Shown: one piece after another, positions 18,491-27,795 of the stretch
How the letters are laid out: each line of letters begins with the position of its first letter
How positions within the stretch are numbered: the stretch's first letter is position 1
DNA from: Verrucomicrobiota bacterium
GTDB taxonomy: Bacteria > Verrucomicrobiota > Verrucomicrobiia > Limisphaerales > UBA11358
Length of the DNA stretch: 52,442 bases
Assembly: GCA_049521735.1 (NCBI GenBank)
Contig: JBEKON010000003.1
Coordinates: 1-52,442, forward strand
Direction: 5' to 3'
The notes under the pieces: model-generated
Database searches by the model: none
Seen by the model: only the letters and a program-made list of their open reading frames with translations
Told to the model about the DNA's origin: nothing
Translations under genes and position numbers: made by a program

Positions 18491-19854
18491 TATCTCATCA
18501 ACTGCTTTTCGATGTAATGGACGACCTGGCGGACGTTGGGATCCACTTCCATGCGGTCTTTGACGAGGCGGCAGGCATGCATCACCGTGCCGTGATCGCG
18601 TCCGCCGTAGGCTTCGCCGATGGTGTTGAGCGAACTTTCGGTCATCTGACGCGAGAGATACATGGCGATTTGGCGCGGGAAGGCGATGTTTTCCGGGCGG
18701 CGCTTGCTGGTCATGTCGGCAAGGCGAATATCAAAATGTTCCGCGACTTTCTTCTGAATGACTTCGATGCTGATGGAAAAACGGCCTTCTTCGTGAAGGA
18801 TTTCACGCAGTAAGCCTTCGACGACCTCGATGGTGAGTTTCTTGCCGGTGAGCGAAGCGTAGGACGCCACGCGGATGAGCGCGCCTTCGAGCCGGCGGAC
18901 ATTGGTGCGGATGCGGTTGGCCAGAAAATTCATAATGTCGTCCGACAGTGTCACGCCCATGATCTGCGCCTTTTTGTTGAGGATGGCGAGGCGCACTTCG
19001 ACGTCCGGCGGCTGCAAATCCGTCACCAAACCCCATTCGAAACGCGAGACGAGGCGGTGTTCGAGCCCCTGAATCTCGCTGGCCGGGCGGTCGCACGTGA
19101 GCACGATTTGCTTGTGCGATTCGTGAAGCGCGTTGAAGGTATGGAAAAATTCCTCCTGAATCCGTTCCTTGCCGGCTAGAAACTGGATGTCGTCAATCAA
19201 CAGCACGTCGGTCTGGCGGTATTTTTTGCGGAATTTGACGAGTTGGTTGTTTTGGATTCCGTCAATGTATTCGTTGGTGAACTTCTCCGAGGATAAATAG
19301 GCAACGTGCGCACCTTTCCTGTTGCTGACAACATGCTGGCCAATGGCATGAAGCAGGTGTGTCTTGCCGAGACCCACACCCCCGTAAAGGAAAAGCGGGT
19401 TATAGGATTTGCCGGGCGCTTGGGCGACGGCGAGCGCGGCGGCGTAGGCAAAATTATTGTTATTACCAACAACAAAGGCTTCAAACGTGTTCTTGGGATT
19501 AAAACCAAATTCGCCATTATGTGTCGCTCGTTCGTGGCTGGAGCCAGCGGCTTTTGTTGTTTTCACCGGTGCTGGAGCAAGCGCAGCGGTGGGGTGGGCA
19601 TTTCCGCTGGCAATTTTGAATTTTACCTGCAATTGGCGGCCAGCGGCTACAGCCAGGGCATCTTGCAACAGGCTGAGGTAATTGTCCTTAAGCCAGACTT
19701 CGCAGAATTCGTTGGCCACTTCCAAAGTGACGTGGTTGGGATCAATCGCATCGGCTCGCAACGAAGCAAACCACATGTTGTAAGTGTCTGCGTTCAACTT
19801 GGAACGGAGATGTTCCCGCGCCGAATTCCAAATTTTTTCTGCTGAAAGCTGCAT
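18490..19854 (-). CDS. dnaA: Chromosomal replication initiator
   Basis: YNPLFLYGGVGLGKTHL, LLIDDIQF, QEEFFHTFN, SRFEWGL, RDHGTV.HA; ATG 19854 preferred. Confidence 0.99.
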   Translation of the reverse strand: MQLSAEKIWNSAREHLRSKLNADTYNMWFASLRADAIDPNHVTLEVANEFCEVWLKDNYLSLLQDALAVAAGRQLQVKFKIASGNAHPTAALAPAPVKTTKAAGSSHERATHNGEFGFNPKNTFEAFVVGNNNNFAYAAALAVAQAPGKSYNPLFLYGGVGLGKTHLLHAIGQHVVSNRKGAHVAYLSSEKFTNEYIDGIQNNQLVKFRKKYRQTDVLLIDDIQFLAGKERIQEEFFHTFNALHESHKQIVLTCDRPASEIQGLEHRLVSRFEWGLVTDLQPPDVEVRLAILNKKAQIMGVTLSDDIMNFLANRIRTNVRRLEGALIRVASYASLTGKKLTIEVVEGLLREILHEEGRFSISIEVIQKKVAEHFDIRLADMTSKRRPENIAFPRQIAMYLSRQMTESSLNTIGEAYGGRDHGTVMHACRLVKDRMEVDPNVRQVVHYIEKQLMR

Positions 19855-19884
19855 TTGCGTTTTGTCAAAAAGCCCGTTTTTCAA

Positions 19885-20300
19885 GCGTTTTATTCACTTA
19901 GCCCTAAAATTGGCGGTTAACCCCGCCCGCCGTGCCCGTCCGCGCCGCTCAAAACCTATTGTTTCGTTAAAGGGTTCGTATACACGCTTTTATTAATTAA
20001 AATCTTCATCCAAGCATTAAAATAACATGCTGATTCCCAATATGTTACAAATCAAAAAATCAAAACCCTCATCCCGCTTTTCCCACAGATGCTAAAACGT
20101 CGCGACCAACTCATACTTACACGGGGGTTTTATGTGAATGAGCCGAACGTTTCGAGTATAACATATTAACTTTTGTTCACGAGTTATTCACATCGGCCTT
20201 TCGACCCATTAAATCAATGATTTACAATTACTTTACAAATCGCTTTCTGAATTTGCACCCGGTCAAAATTATACTTTCAACGGATATTTTCCCTCAAAAG
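19885..20300. other. Probable replication origin oriC
   Basis: Non-coding AT-rich region upstream of dnaA with DnaA-box-like 9-mers TTATTCACA (20184-20192), TGTGAATGA (20133-20141), TTTCCCACA (20079-20087), TTATTCACT (19890-19898), TTGTTCACG (20173-20181). Confidence 0.72.
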
Positions 20301-20308
20301 GAAGTCAC

Positions 20309-20677
<369 letters not shown>

Positions 20678-20748
20678 TTAGCACCGAATGTCGCACTGTA
20701 AACAGGAATCTTCTCGCAAGCAGATTGATGCCGGGCAAAGTGCGTTCA

Positions 20749-20777
20749 TTGACACCATTTTCCCCGGCTGTTAGCTT
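20749..20777 (+). promoter_or_regulatory. Sigma70-type promoter of ileS
   Basis: TTGACA, 17 nt spacer, TAGCTT with upstream TG. Confidence 0.6.
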
Positions 20778-20798
20778 TCGTCCTTCCAGAAGCTAAAA

Positions 20799-23747
20799 AT
20801 GGACTATAAAAACACATTGAATTTGCCGCACACTGATTTCCCGATGAGGGCCGATTTGGTGGCGCGCGAGCCTGACCGGTTGAAAAAATGGGAGACGGCG
20901 AGGCTTTACGAAAAAATCCAGGCTGACCACGCCAATGTGAAGGAAAAGTTTGTTCTGCACGACGGTCCGCCGTTCGCCAACGGCGACGTGCACATCGGCA
21001 CGGCACTGAACAAGATTCTCAAGGACATTATCGTTAAATACAAAACCCTGCGTGGGTTCAACGCGCCCTACATTCCGGGCTGGGATTGCCATGGATTGCC
21101 CATCGAATTCAAGGTTTCACAGGAGATGCGGAAAGGCCAGAAGTCAGAAGTCGGAAGTCAGAAGTTGGATTCTGATCGATTTTCGGCGTCCGCGATTCGC
21201 AAAGCTTGCGAAGTTTACGCCCGCAAGTTCATTGACATCCAGCGAACGCAATTCAAGCGTCTCGGCGTCTTTGGTGATTGGAACAATCCCTATCTCACGC
21301 TGAACAAGGAATATGAGGCTGACGAGTTGCGTCTGTTCGCCGACATCGTAGAAAAGGGTTTTGTCTATCGCGGCAAAAAGCCGGTCTATTGGAGCATTCC
21401 CTGTCGCACGGCGCTCGCTGAAGCCGAAGTTGAATATCAAGATCACGTCAGCCCCAGCATCTACGTGAAGTTTCCCATCGTCGGCCAGCCGAACACGTTT
21501 GTGCTGATCTGGACGACGACACCATGGACTTTGCTGGCGAATCTCGCCGTCGCTTACAACGACAAATTTCAATACGTCCAGGTCGAAGTCGGCGGTGAAA
21601 AATACATTTTATTCCGGGGGCTGCTGGCCGCCGTCGCGGAAAAATGCGGCTGGAGCGGTTATACCGAAACGTCGTTCGCAACCGAAAAACTTGCTGCGCT
21701 GCAGTTTCAGCATCCGTTCTGTAATCGCACTGGCAGGTTTTATCCCGCTGACTTTGTTGCCAGCGACACCGGCACCGGCTTCGTCCATATCGCGCCCGGC
21801 CACGGCTTGGAGGACTATCAACTCGGCTTGTCTGTCGGTCTGCCAATTTACTCGCCTGTGGATGATGATGGCAAGTTCATGCACACGAACGATTTACCTA
21901 TCGAGCAACAAATGCCCGCCGAGATGGTCGGGAAATCCATCCTCGAAAAACATGGCAAGAGTGAAGCGAATGAAGCGGTGCTGCATGAACTGCGCATTCG
22001 CAAGGCGCTGTTGCACCAGGAAGATTATAACCACAGCTATCCGCATTGCTGGCGCAGCAAGACGCCCATCATCTTCCGCGCGATGGATCAGTGGTTCATC
22101 GAGATTGACCATGAGAAATTCCGTGACCGTGCTCTGGCAGAAATTGACCGCGTCAAATGGGTGCCGGACTGGTGCATCAATCGCATCAAAAGCTTGGTGC
22201 AAACCCGTCCCGACTGGTGCATCTCGCGCCAACGCACTTGGGGCGTGCCGATTCCGGCGTTTTACGCCGCGAAAGGAAATCCGATTCTCGACGCGCAAAT
22301 CGTCCGTAACACCGCAAATTTGATTGAAAAGCATGGTTCAAATGTCTGGTTCGAAAAATCCGCTGCAGAACTTTGGTCACTGGTAAAACCGAAGAATTGG
22401 AAAGGCGCTACCCCCACCGCCAAATCCAACGACACGCTCGACGTGTGGATTGATTCGGGAAGTTCGTCGCGAAGTGTGCTGATGCGGCGGGCGGAATTGC
22501 ATCACAGCGTAGGACAGGCTTCCAGCCTGTCTCCATCTAAAAAGGAATTAGAGACAGGCAAGATGCCTGTCCTACAATGGCAAGCCGACGTTTACCTCGA
22601 AGGCTCCGACCAGCATCGCGGCTGGTTTCAATCGTCGCTGTTGCTGTCGCTTGCTGGCAACGGGGCCGCACCGTACAAGACCGTGCTGACCCACGGGTTC
22701 ATGGTGGATGCCGACCGCGAAAAAATTTCCAAGAGCAAACAAAGCCAGGGCGGCTACGAAAAACCGCAGACTGCCGAGGCTTACGTGAAAAAACACGGCG
22801 CGGATATTGTGCGTCTGTGGGTTTCGTCGCAGGATTTCCGCAACGACATCATCGTGAGCGAGGAACGCGTCAACAAGATCGCGGAAACCTACCGCGTTAT
22901 TCGCAACGCGCTGCGTTACCAACTTTCGAACCTTTACGATTTCGATCCGGCGAAACACACCGTTGCCGATGACAAGCTCACCGGCCTTGACCGCTGGATT
23001 TTAGCCAGATTCTCCTTGCTCGAACAACAGGTGTTCGGAGCATGGAAAACTTTCGAAGAAGCAATAGTCTCAAAGAAACAAGGGCACTATGACCTTTACG
23101 AATTTCACGCCGTTTATCAATGGATGAGTCAATTCATAGCCGTTGAATTGTCCTCTATCTATCACGACATCATTAAAGATCGCCTCTACACCGACCCGGC
23201 CAATTCGCATCGCCGGCGCTCGACGCAAACCGCGTTATACCGGCTCGTGACCGGCCTGTGCCAAATGCTCTCGCCGATTCTGGCTTTCACCACGGATGAG
23301 GCGTGGGAATTGATTCCTGGAAAGGTTGGGTCAGTCCATGAAACGGCTTGGCAACCAATGGGGCTGATCCGTCCAAGCGAGGAGGCAACTTTTTGGGGAG
23401 AAATGTTTGCTCTTCGAGATATTCTGCTGCTCAAGCTAGAAGAGAAGCGAAAAGGGAAGGTAATTGGTAAATCGCTTGAAGCAAAGATCCATTGGTTTCC
23501 CGAACGAGCCAAAAAACTTTCAGATTTGGTTTCAGATGGAAAGATACTCGAAGAGTTTCGTGAGTTGGTAAATGTTTCACAATTTGAGATTACGAATGAC
23601 CCGAAAGCAGAACTCGTTGTCCATGCCGACGGTAAGAAATGCGAGCGCTGCTGGCATTGGGAAACGGATGTTGGTTCGCACAAGGAGCATCCGACGATTT
23701 GCGGTCGTTGCATTGCTGCAGTGAAGGAATTTCAGGCCGGGCGATAG
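20799..23747 (+). CDS. ileS: Isoleucine--tRNA ligase (type 1)
   Basis: LHDGPPFANG, PGWDCHGLPIE, WTTTPWT, DWCISRQR.WG, EGSDQHRGWF, C-terminal CERC...CGRC zinc finger. Confidence 0.98.
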   Translation: MDYKNTLNLPHTDFPMRADLVAREPDRLKKWETARLYEKIQADHANVKEKFVLHDGPPFANGDVHIGTALNKILKDIIVKYKTLRGFNAPYIPGWDCHGLPIEFKVSQEMRKGQKSEVGSQKLDSDRFSASAIRKACEVYARKFIDIQRTQFKRLGVFGDWNNPYLTLNKEYEADELRLFADIVEKGFVYRGKKPVYWSIPCRTALAEAEVEYQDHVSPSIYVKFPIVGQPNTFVLIWTTTPWTLLANLAVAYNDKFQYVQVEVGGEKYILFRGLLAAVAEKCGWSGYTETSFATEKLAALQFQHPFCNRTGRFYPADFVASDTGTGFVHIAPGHGLEDYQLGLSVGLPIYSPVDDDGKFMHTNDLPIEQQMPAEMVGKSILEKHGKSEANEAVLHELRIRKALLHQEDYNHSYPHCWRSKTPIIFRAMDQWFIEIDHEKFRDRALAEIDRVKWVPDWCINRIKSLVQTRPDWCISRQRTWGVPIPAFYAAKGNPILDAQIVRNTANLIEKHGSNVWFEKSAAELWSLVKPKNWKGATPTAKSNDTLDVWIDSGSSSRSVLMRRAELHHSVGQASSLSPSKKELETGKMPVLQWQADVYLEGSDQHRGWFQSSLLLSLAGNGAAPYKTVLTHGFMVDADREKISKSKQSQGGYEKPQTAEAYVKKHGADIVRLWVSSQDFRNDIIVSEERVNKIAETYRVIRNALRYQLSNLYDFDPAKHTVADDKLTGLDRWILARFSLLEQQVFGAWKTFEEAIVSKKQGHYDLYEFHAVYQWMSQFIAVELSSIYHDIIKDRLYTDPANSHRRRSTQTALYRLVTGLCQMLSPILAFTTDEAWELIPGKVGSVHETAWQPMGLIRPSEEATFWGEMFALRDILLLKLEEKRKGKVIGKSLEAKIHWFPERAKKLSDLVSDGKILEEFRELVNVSQFEITNDPKAELVVHADGKKCERCWHWETDVGSHKEHPTICGRCIAAVKEFQAGR
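21138..21165 (+). repeat. In-frame heptamer array inside ileS
   Basis: CAGAAGT CAGAAGT CGGAAGT CAGAAGT; encodes QKSEVGSQK. Confidence 0.85.
22509..22575. mobile_element. GTAG-family REP doublet (REPIN-like) in frame within ileS
   Basis: GTAGGACAGGCTTCCAGCCTGTCTC and, inverted, GTAGGACAGGCATCTTGCCTGTCTC, separated by a 17-nt spacer. Confidence 0.85.
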
Positions 23748-23769
23748 TTCCGCCACCCTTGATTGTCGC

Positions 23770-25194
23770 CTAAAACCCGCCGCCTTTGTTGTTGATGAAA
23801 CTGATGCGATTGGTGTTGCTGAAAGAGTTGGCTTGGGAAGTGTTCAGGAACCGGCAATTGGCGACGGTCACGTCCGTGATCCGGTTCGCGGAATTCAATC
23901 CTTGGAGATAAACCGCCTGGGCCACATTGGCAAAGGCGCAATCGCGGATGTCGATGTTGCGGATGACCGGTGTGTTCGTGCCCGTGTCGGCTGGGGAAGA
24001 GGAAGTGTACTGCATCGTCATGTGAATGCCGGTCTTGCTGACAGTCTTGGTCATGCAGTTGCGAAAGTAAATGTTTGCAATATAACCGCCCCGCGCTGTG
24101 TTGTTCTTGAAACGGAAGACGTACTGCAAGCTGGTGCTGTTGAAAGCGCAATTTTCCGCAAAAACATTGGTAACCCCGCCGGATTCCTCGCTGCCCAAGG
24201 TGACGCCGCCGTGACCGTCGGCAAAAACGCAGTTTTGAATCACAATGTTCCGGCTGGGAATGTTGACGCGCAGACCGTCCTGATCGCGGCCGGACTTGAT
24301 GGCGATGCAATCGTCGCCGTCGCTGAAGGAGCTGTTCTTGATCAGCACGTCGGTGCAGGAGTCTGGATCGCAGGAGTCCGTGTTCGGGCTGGTGCTGCTA
24401 TTGTTGACCGTTACGCCGCGAATGGTGACGTTGGTGCAATACAGCGGAGTCACCGTCCACATCGGCGAGTTGAGAATGGTGACACTGTCAATCAATACAT
24501 TTTGACAACGAACAGGCTGGATAAAAGTTGGCCGCAGATAATGTCCCGATCCAAAAATGCGCTGCGCCACGGGCATATTGGTGCTGGCCATGTTCCACAA
24601 CAATTGCTCGTCGGCAGTGAGCAGGTTTTTCCAATTATACCAAACCGAGTTTTGCGCCTGTCCGTCAATCGTTCCCGGTCCCGTGATGGCGATGTTCGTC
24701 TGGCCAAACGCGTAGATGAACGGTGAATAATTCATCAACTCAATGCCCTGATAGCGCGAGAAAACCACCGGCAAAAACGCAGTCGTGTTGATGCTGAACA
24801 AAATTTTTCCGCCTTGGGCGACATACAAATTAACGTTGCTGAGCAGATGAATCGCGCCCGTCAGGAATGTCCCCGCCGGCACGACCACGCGCCCGCCACC
24901 CGCCCCGTTGCATGCCGCAATCGCACTGGAAAAAGCCGCCGTGCAATCGGTTGAGCCATCGCCCACCGCGCCGTAGCTGGTGATGACAAAATCCTGCGCC
25001 GGAAAAGCCGGCGGAATGATACGCGAGAGAATGTTGGTCACCCGCGACCAATCGCCCGGACTGGTCTGGGCGGCCAGCCGCGTCGGGACCAGCAGACCGA
25101 AACCGATGGACAAAGCGGTTACAACCATCGCGGACGAAAACCGCCGCGAACGGGTCTGGTTGCCAACTTCGTTTGAGTGCCGGCAAAAAATCAT
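23770..25194 (-). CDS. Secreted glycoside hydrolase family 28 (polygalacturonase-like)
   Basis: Signal peptide, YGAVGDG, NTD, GDD, GHG, RFK motifs. Confidence 0.93.
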   Translation of the reverse strand: MIFCRHSNEVGNQTRSRRFSSAMVVTALSIGFGLLVPTRLAAQTSPGDWSRVTNILSRIIPPAFPAQDFVITSYGAVGDGSTDCTAAFSSAIAACNGAGGGRVVVPAGTFLTGAIHLLSNVNLYVAQGGKILFSINTTAFLPVVFSRYQGIELMNYSPFIYAFGQTNIAITGPGTIDGQAQNSVWYNWKNLLTADEQLLWNMASTNMPVAQRIFGSGHYLRPTFIQPVRCQNVLIDSVTILNSPMWTVTPLYCTNVTIRGVTVNNSSTSPNTDSCDPDSCTDVLIKNSSFSDGDDCIAIKSGRDQDGLRVNIPSRNIVIQNCVFADGHGGVTLGSEESGGVTNVFAENCAFNSTSLQYVFRFKNNTARGGYIANIYFRNCMTKTVSKTGIHMTMQYTSSSPADTGTNTPVIRNIDIRDCAFANVAQAVYLQGLNSANRITDVTVANCRFLNTSQANSFSNTNRISFINNKGGGF

Positions 25195-25342
25195 GACGCC
25201 CTCAGTTTAACAGTGAAATCAGGTTCGGAAACAACAAATTCCGGGGAACTCATTGAAAAAAACACATTTATCTCTTATGCTATCACGATATGCAAAAGAG
25301 TCAAAAGCCGGGGCTAATTATTGGCTGTGAACCAACGGCAAA

Positions 25343-26491
25343 ATGAACATTTCGAAAAACAGTTTCCAGAATAACACCTTCGTGCCGGCCATTGCACTTT
25401 TGGCGCTCATCCTGATTTTGGGACAACGAGCATCGGGCAACACGATTGTCGCATGGGGCTATGATTCCGCCGGCCAGATTGAAATCCCGCCGGGTCTGAC
25501 AAACGTGGTGGCCATCGCGGCCGGTGCTTATGACAGCCTCGCGCTCACAGGCAGCGGCACGGTCGTCGTGTGGGGTGACAATACTTACGGCCAGACCAAT
25601 GTGCCGGCCAATCTGACGAACGCGACGGCCATTGCCGCGGGCTGGTATCACAATCTGGCGCTGAAAAGCAACGGCACGGTGGTCGCCTGGGGTGACAATT
25701 CTTTTGACCAGACGAATGTGCCGTCCGGCTTGAGCAATGTCAGGGCCGTCGCCGGCGGCTGGATTCACAGTCTCGCGCTCAGGAATGATGGCACCGTCGT
25801 GGCGTGGGGTGACAATGGCTGGGGACAGACCAATGTTCCGGCCGGACTGGCGAATGTCGTGGGGATTGCCGCCGGTGAATTGCACAGCCTGGCGCTAAGA
25901 AATGACGGCACGGTGGCCGCTTGGGGCGACAATACCTATGGCCAGACGAATGTGCCGGCGGGGTTGACGGGTGTGGCGGCCATTGCTTGTGGCTGGTTTC
26001 ACAGTCTGGCCGTCAAGAACAACGGCACGGTGGTCGTATGGGGCGACAATACCTACGGCCAGACAAACGCGCCGGCGGGTTTGACGAATGCAACAACCAT
26101 TGCCGGTGGCAGCGCACACAGTTTGTCGTCGGAGAGCAACGGCACAATGGTCGCCTGGGGAAACAATTTTTTCGGCCAGACAAACTTGCCGCCGGGTCTG
26201 ATTCAAGTATGGGCAATTGCCTGCGGCGGTTATCACAGTCTGGCGGTTTCGATGCCGACCATTCCTCCGCTGGTTTTCAACCAGGTCCCGCCGAACCTGC
26301 AAATGACCGCCGCCGGTTTTCAACTGCAGGTGGACGGCGCGGACGGGATTACACCGGTGGTGATTTATGCTTCGACGGATCTGGCGAATTGGACGCCCAT
26401 CTTCACCAACCCGCCGGTGGTTGGCTCAGTGCCATTTCTGGATTCTTCGGCCACGGGTTTTTCGCATCGTTTCTATCGGGCCAGGGAATAG
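25343..26491 (+). CDS. Secreted RCC1/BLIP-II-like 7-repeat beta-propeller with C-terminal domain
   Basis: Seven 39-aa repeats VVAWGDNxxGQTNVP.GL.NV.AIA.GxxHSLAL..DGT. Confidence 0.9.
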   Translation: MNISKNSFQNNTFVPAIALLALILILGQRASGNTIVAWGYDSAGQIEIPPGLTNVVAIAAGAYDSLALTGSGTVVVWGDNTYGQTNVPANLTNATAIAAGWYHNLALKSNGTVVAWGDNSFDQTNVPSGLSNVRAVAGGWIHSLALRNDGTVVAWGDNGWGQTNVPAGLANVVGIAAGELHSLALRNDGTVAAWGDNTYGQTNVPAGLTGVAAIACGWFHSLAVKNNGTVVVWGDNTYGQTNAPAGLTNATTIAGGSAHSLSSESNGTMVAWGNNFFGQTNLPPGLIQVWAIACGGYHSLAVSMPTIPPLVFNQVPPNLQMTAAGFQLQVDGADGITPVVIYASTDLANWTPIFTNPPVVGSVPFLDSSATGFSHRFYRARE

Positions 26492-26527
26492 CAGCACGGC
26501 ATTGACCGGCGCAATACGGACGTGATT

Positions 26528-27658
26528 TCAAGCCGGTTGCTGTTGGGTCAGGCAATGGAGTGAACCGGAACCGACCACAAGGTCCACCGCATGAATGCCG
26601 ACGACCAGCCGGTCTTTAAACAACTCACTCAAAACGCCGAGTGCAACGCGGTCGTTTGGATCATTGAACGTCGGGGCGATGACGCAGGCATTGCCGATGT
26701 AAAAGTTCGCGTAGCTTGCTGGTAAGCGGCGACCGTCAAAATAAAGCGGCGCGGGCATGGGCAGCGGCACAACTTCGGGCTTGGAACCATTCTCGAGCCG
26801 CAAATCCTTGATGCGTTCCCAGTTTTCTGCAAGCGGGCGGTAGTTGATGTCTTTTTGATTCGTTTCCTTGATGAGCACGAGCGTTTTTGGATTCACAAAC
26901 CGGCAGATGTCGTCAATGTGTCCGTGTGTATCATCGCCAGCCGGCCCTTTGCGCAGCCAGAACACGTTTTTCACGCCGAGATATTTTTTGAACGTTTCGT
27001 TGTATTGTGCCCGCGTCATGCCGGGGTTGCGGATTTGAATCTTAGGATGAAGATAACACTCCTCCGTCGTCAGCAACGTGCCGCGACCGTTCACTTCGAT
27101 GCCGCCACCTTCGACGACGAAAGGTTTGCCATCAAACCCGGCGTGAAAGAGCCGTTTATACAAAACGCGCGCCGCCATCTCCGGCACTTTGCGGTCTTTC
27201 TGCCAGTCGTCGTGTCTCGCCCACGCATTGAAATGAAAATGGACGATGGCGGTTTCTGTGGTAGGGACGGCTCGCCGAGCCGTCCGCGGACGCCACGGCG
27301 CGGCGTCCCTACCAATAAATTTCCTGACAAAAATAGGCCCGCTATCGCGCATCCAGGCGCGGTTCGTCGGATGCACGATGAACTGGATCTTCTTCAAATC
27401 GCAGCCCGCGTGCCTGAGATGGTTGGCGGCAAGTTTTTGCTCGGCCTTGTTACGGACGAGAATGCGCACGATTTCGCCGGGCGAAATTTTGCGCGCCATT
27501 TCGCCATAGACCCAGCGAATGGCGTCCATCTTGCCCGGCCAATCGGCCTCATGGTGCGGCCAGGCGAGCCAGGTGGCCTCGTGCTTTTCCCATTCGGCGG
27601 GCATCGAAAAGCCGAGTTCAGCCGGTATGGCGCCATTCGCTTTTTTGGGTCGCGGCAT
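26528..27658 (-). CDS. aguA: Agmatine deiminase (PPAD family)
   Basis: MPAEW, WMRD.GP, FNAW, EGGG, DDTHGHIDD, ASYANF, GSLHCLTQQ. Confidence 0.93.
   Translation of the reverse strand: MPRPKKANGAIPAELGFSMPAEWEKHEATWLAWPHHEADWPGKMDAIRWVYGEMARKISPGEIVRILVRNKAEQKLAANHLRHAGCDLKKIQFIVHPTNRAWMRDSGPIFVRKFIGRDAAPWRPRTARRAVPTTETAIVHFHFNAWARHDDWQKDRKVPEMAARVLYKRLFHAGFDGKPFVVEGGGIEVNGRGTLLTTEECYLHPKIQIRNPGMTRAQYNETFKKYLGVKNVFWLRKGPAGDDTHGHIDDICRFVNPKTLVLIKETNQKDINYRPLAENWERIKDLRLENGSKPEVVPLPMPAPLYFDGRRLPASYANFYIGNACVIAPTFNDPNDRVALGVLSELFKDRLVVGIHAVDLVVGSGSLHCLTQQQPA
27260..27313. mobile_element. GTAG-family REP doublet (54 bp) in frame within aguA
   Basis: GGTAGGGACGGCTCGCCGAGCCGTCCG abutting inverted GGTAGGGACGCCGCGCCGTGGCGTCCG. 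Confidence 0.85.
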
Positions 27659-27795
27659 AAATGTCGCGTAAGCTTAATAATTTTGTATAGCGGTGGCAAA
27701 TTTTGAATTTAATGACCGGCAACGATGTATTTTTCAATAAACTCTTGTAACGCGAAAAATTTTTGGACAAAGTGCCGCGCTAAAACAATTTTGCC

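Noticed and set aside
25445-26250. Regular 117-bp repeats (and 99-bp repeats at 16021-16700) as CRISPR or DGR
   Set aside because: They are protein-coding repeats with synonymous variation; no spacers, cas genes or reverse transcriptase
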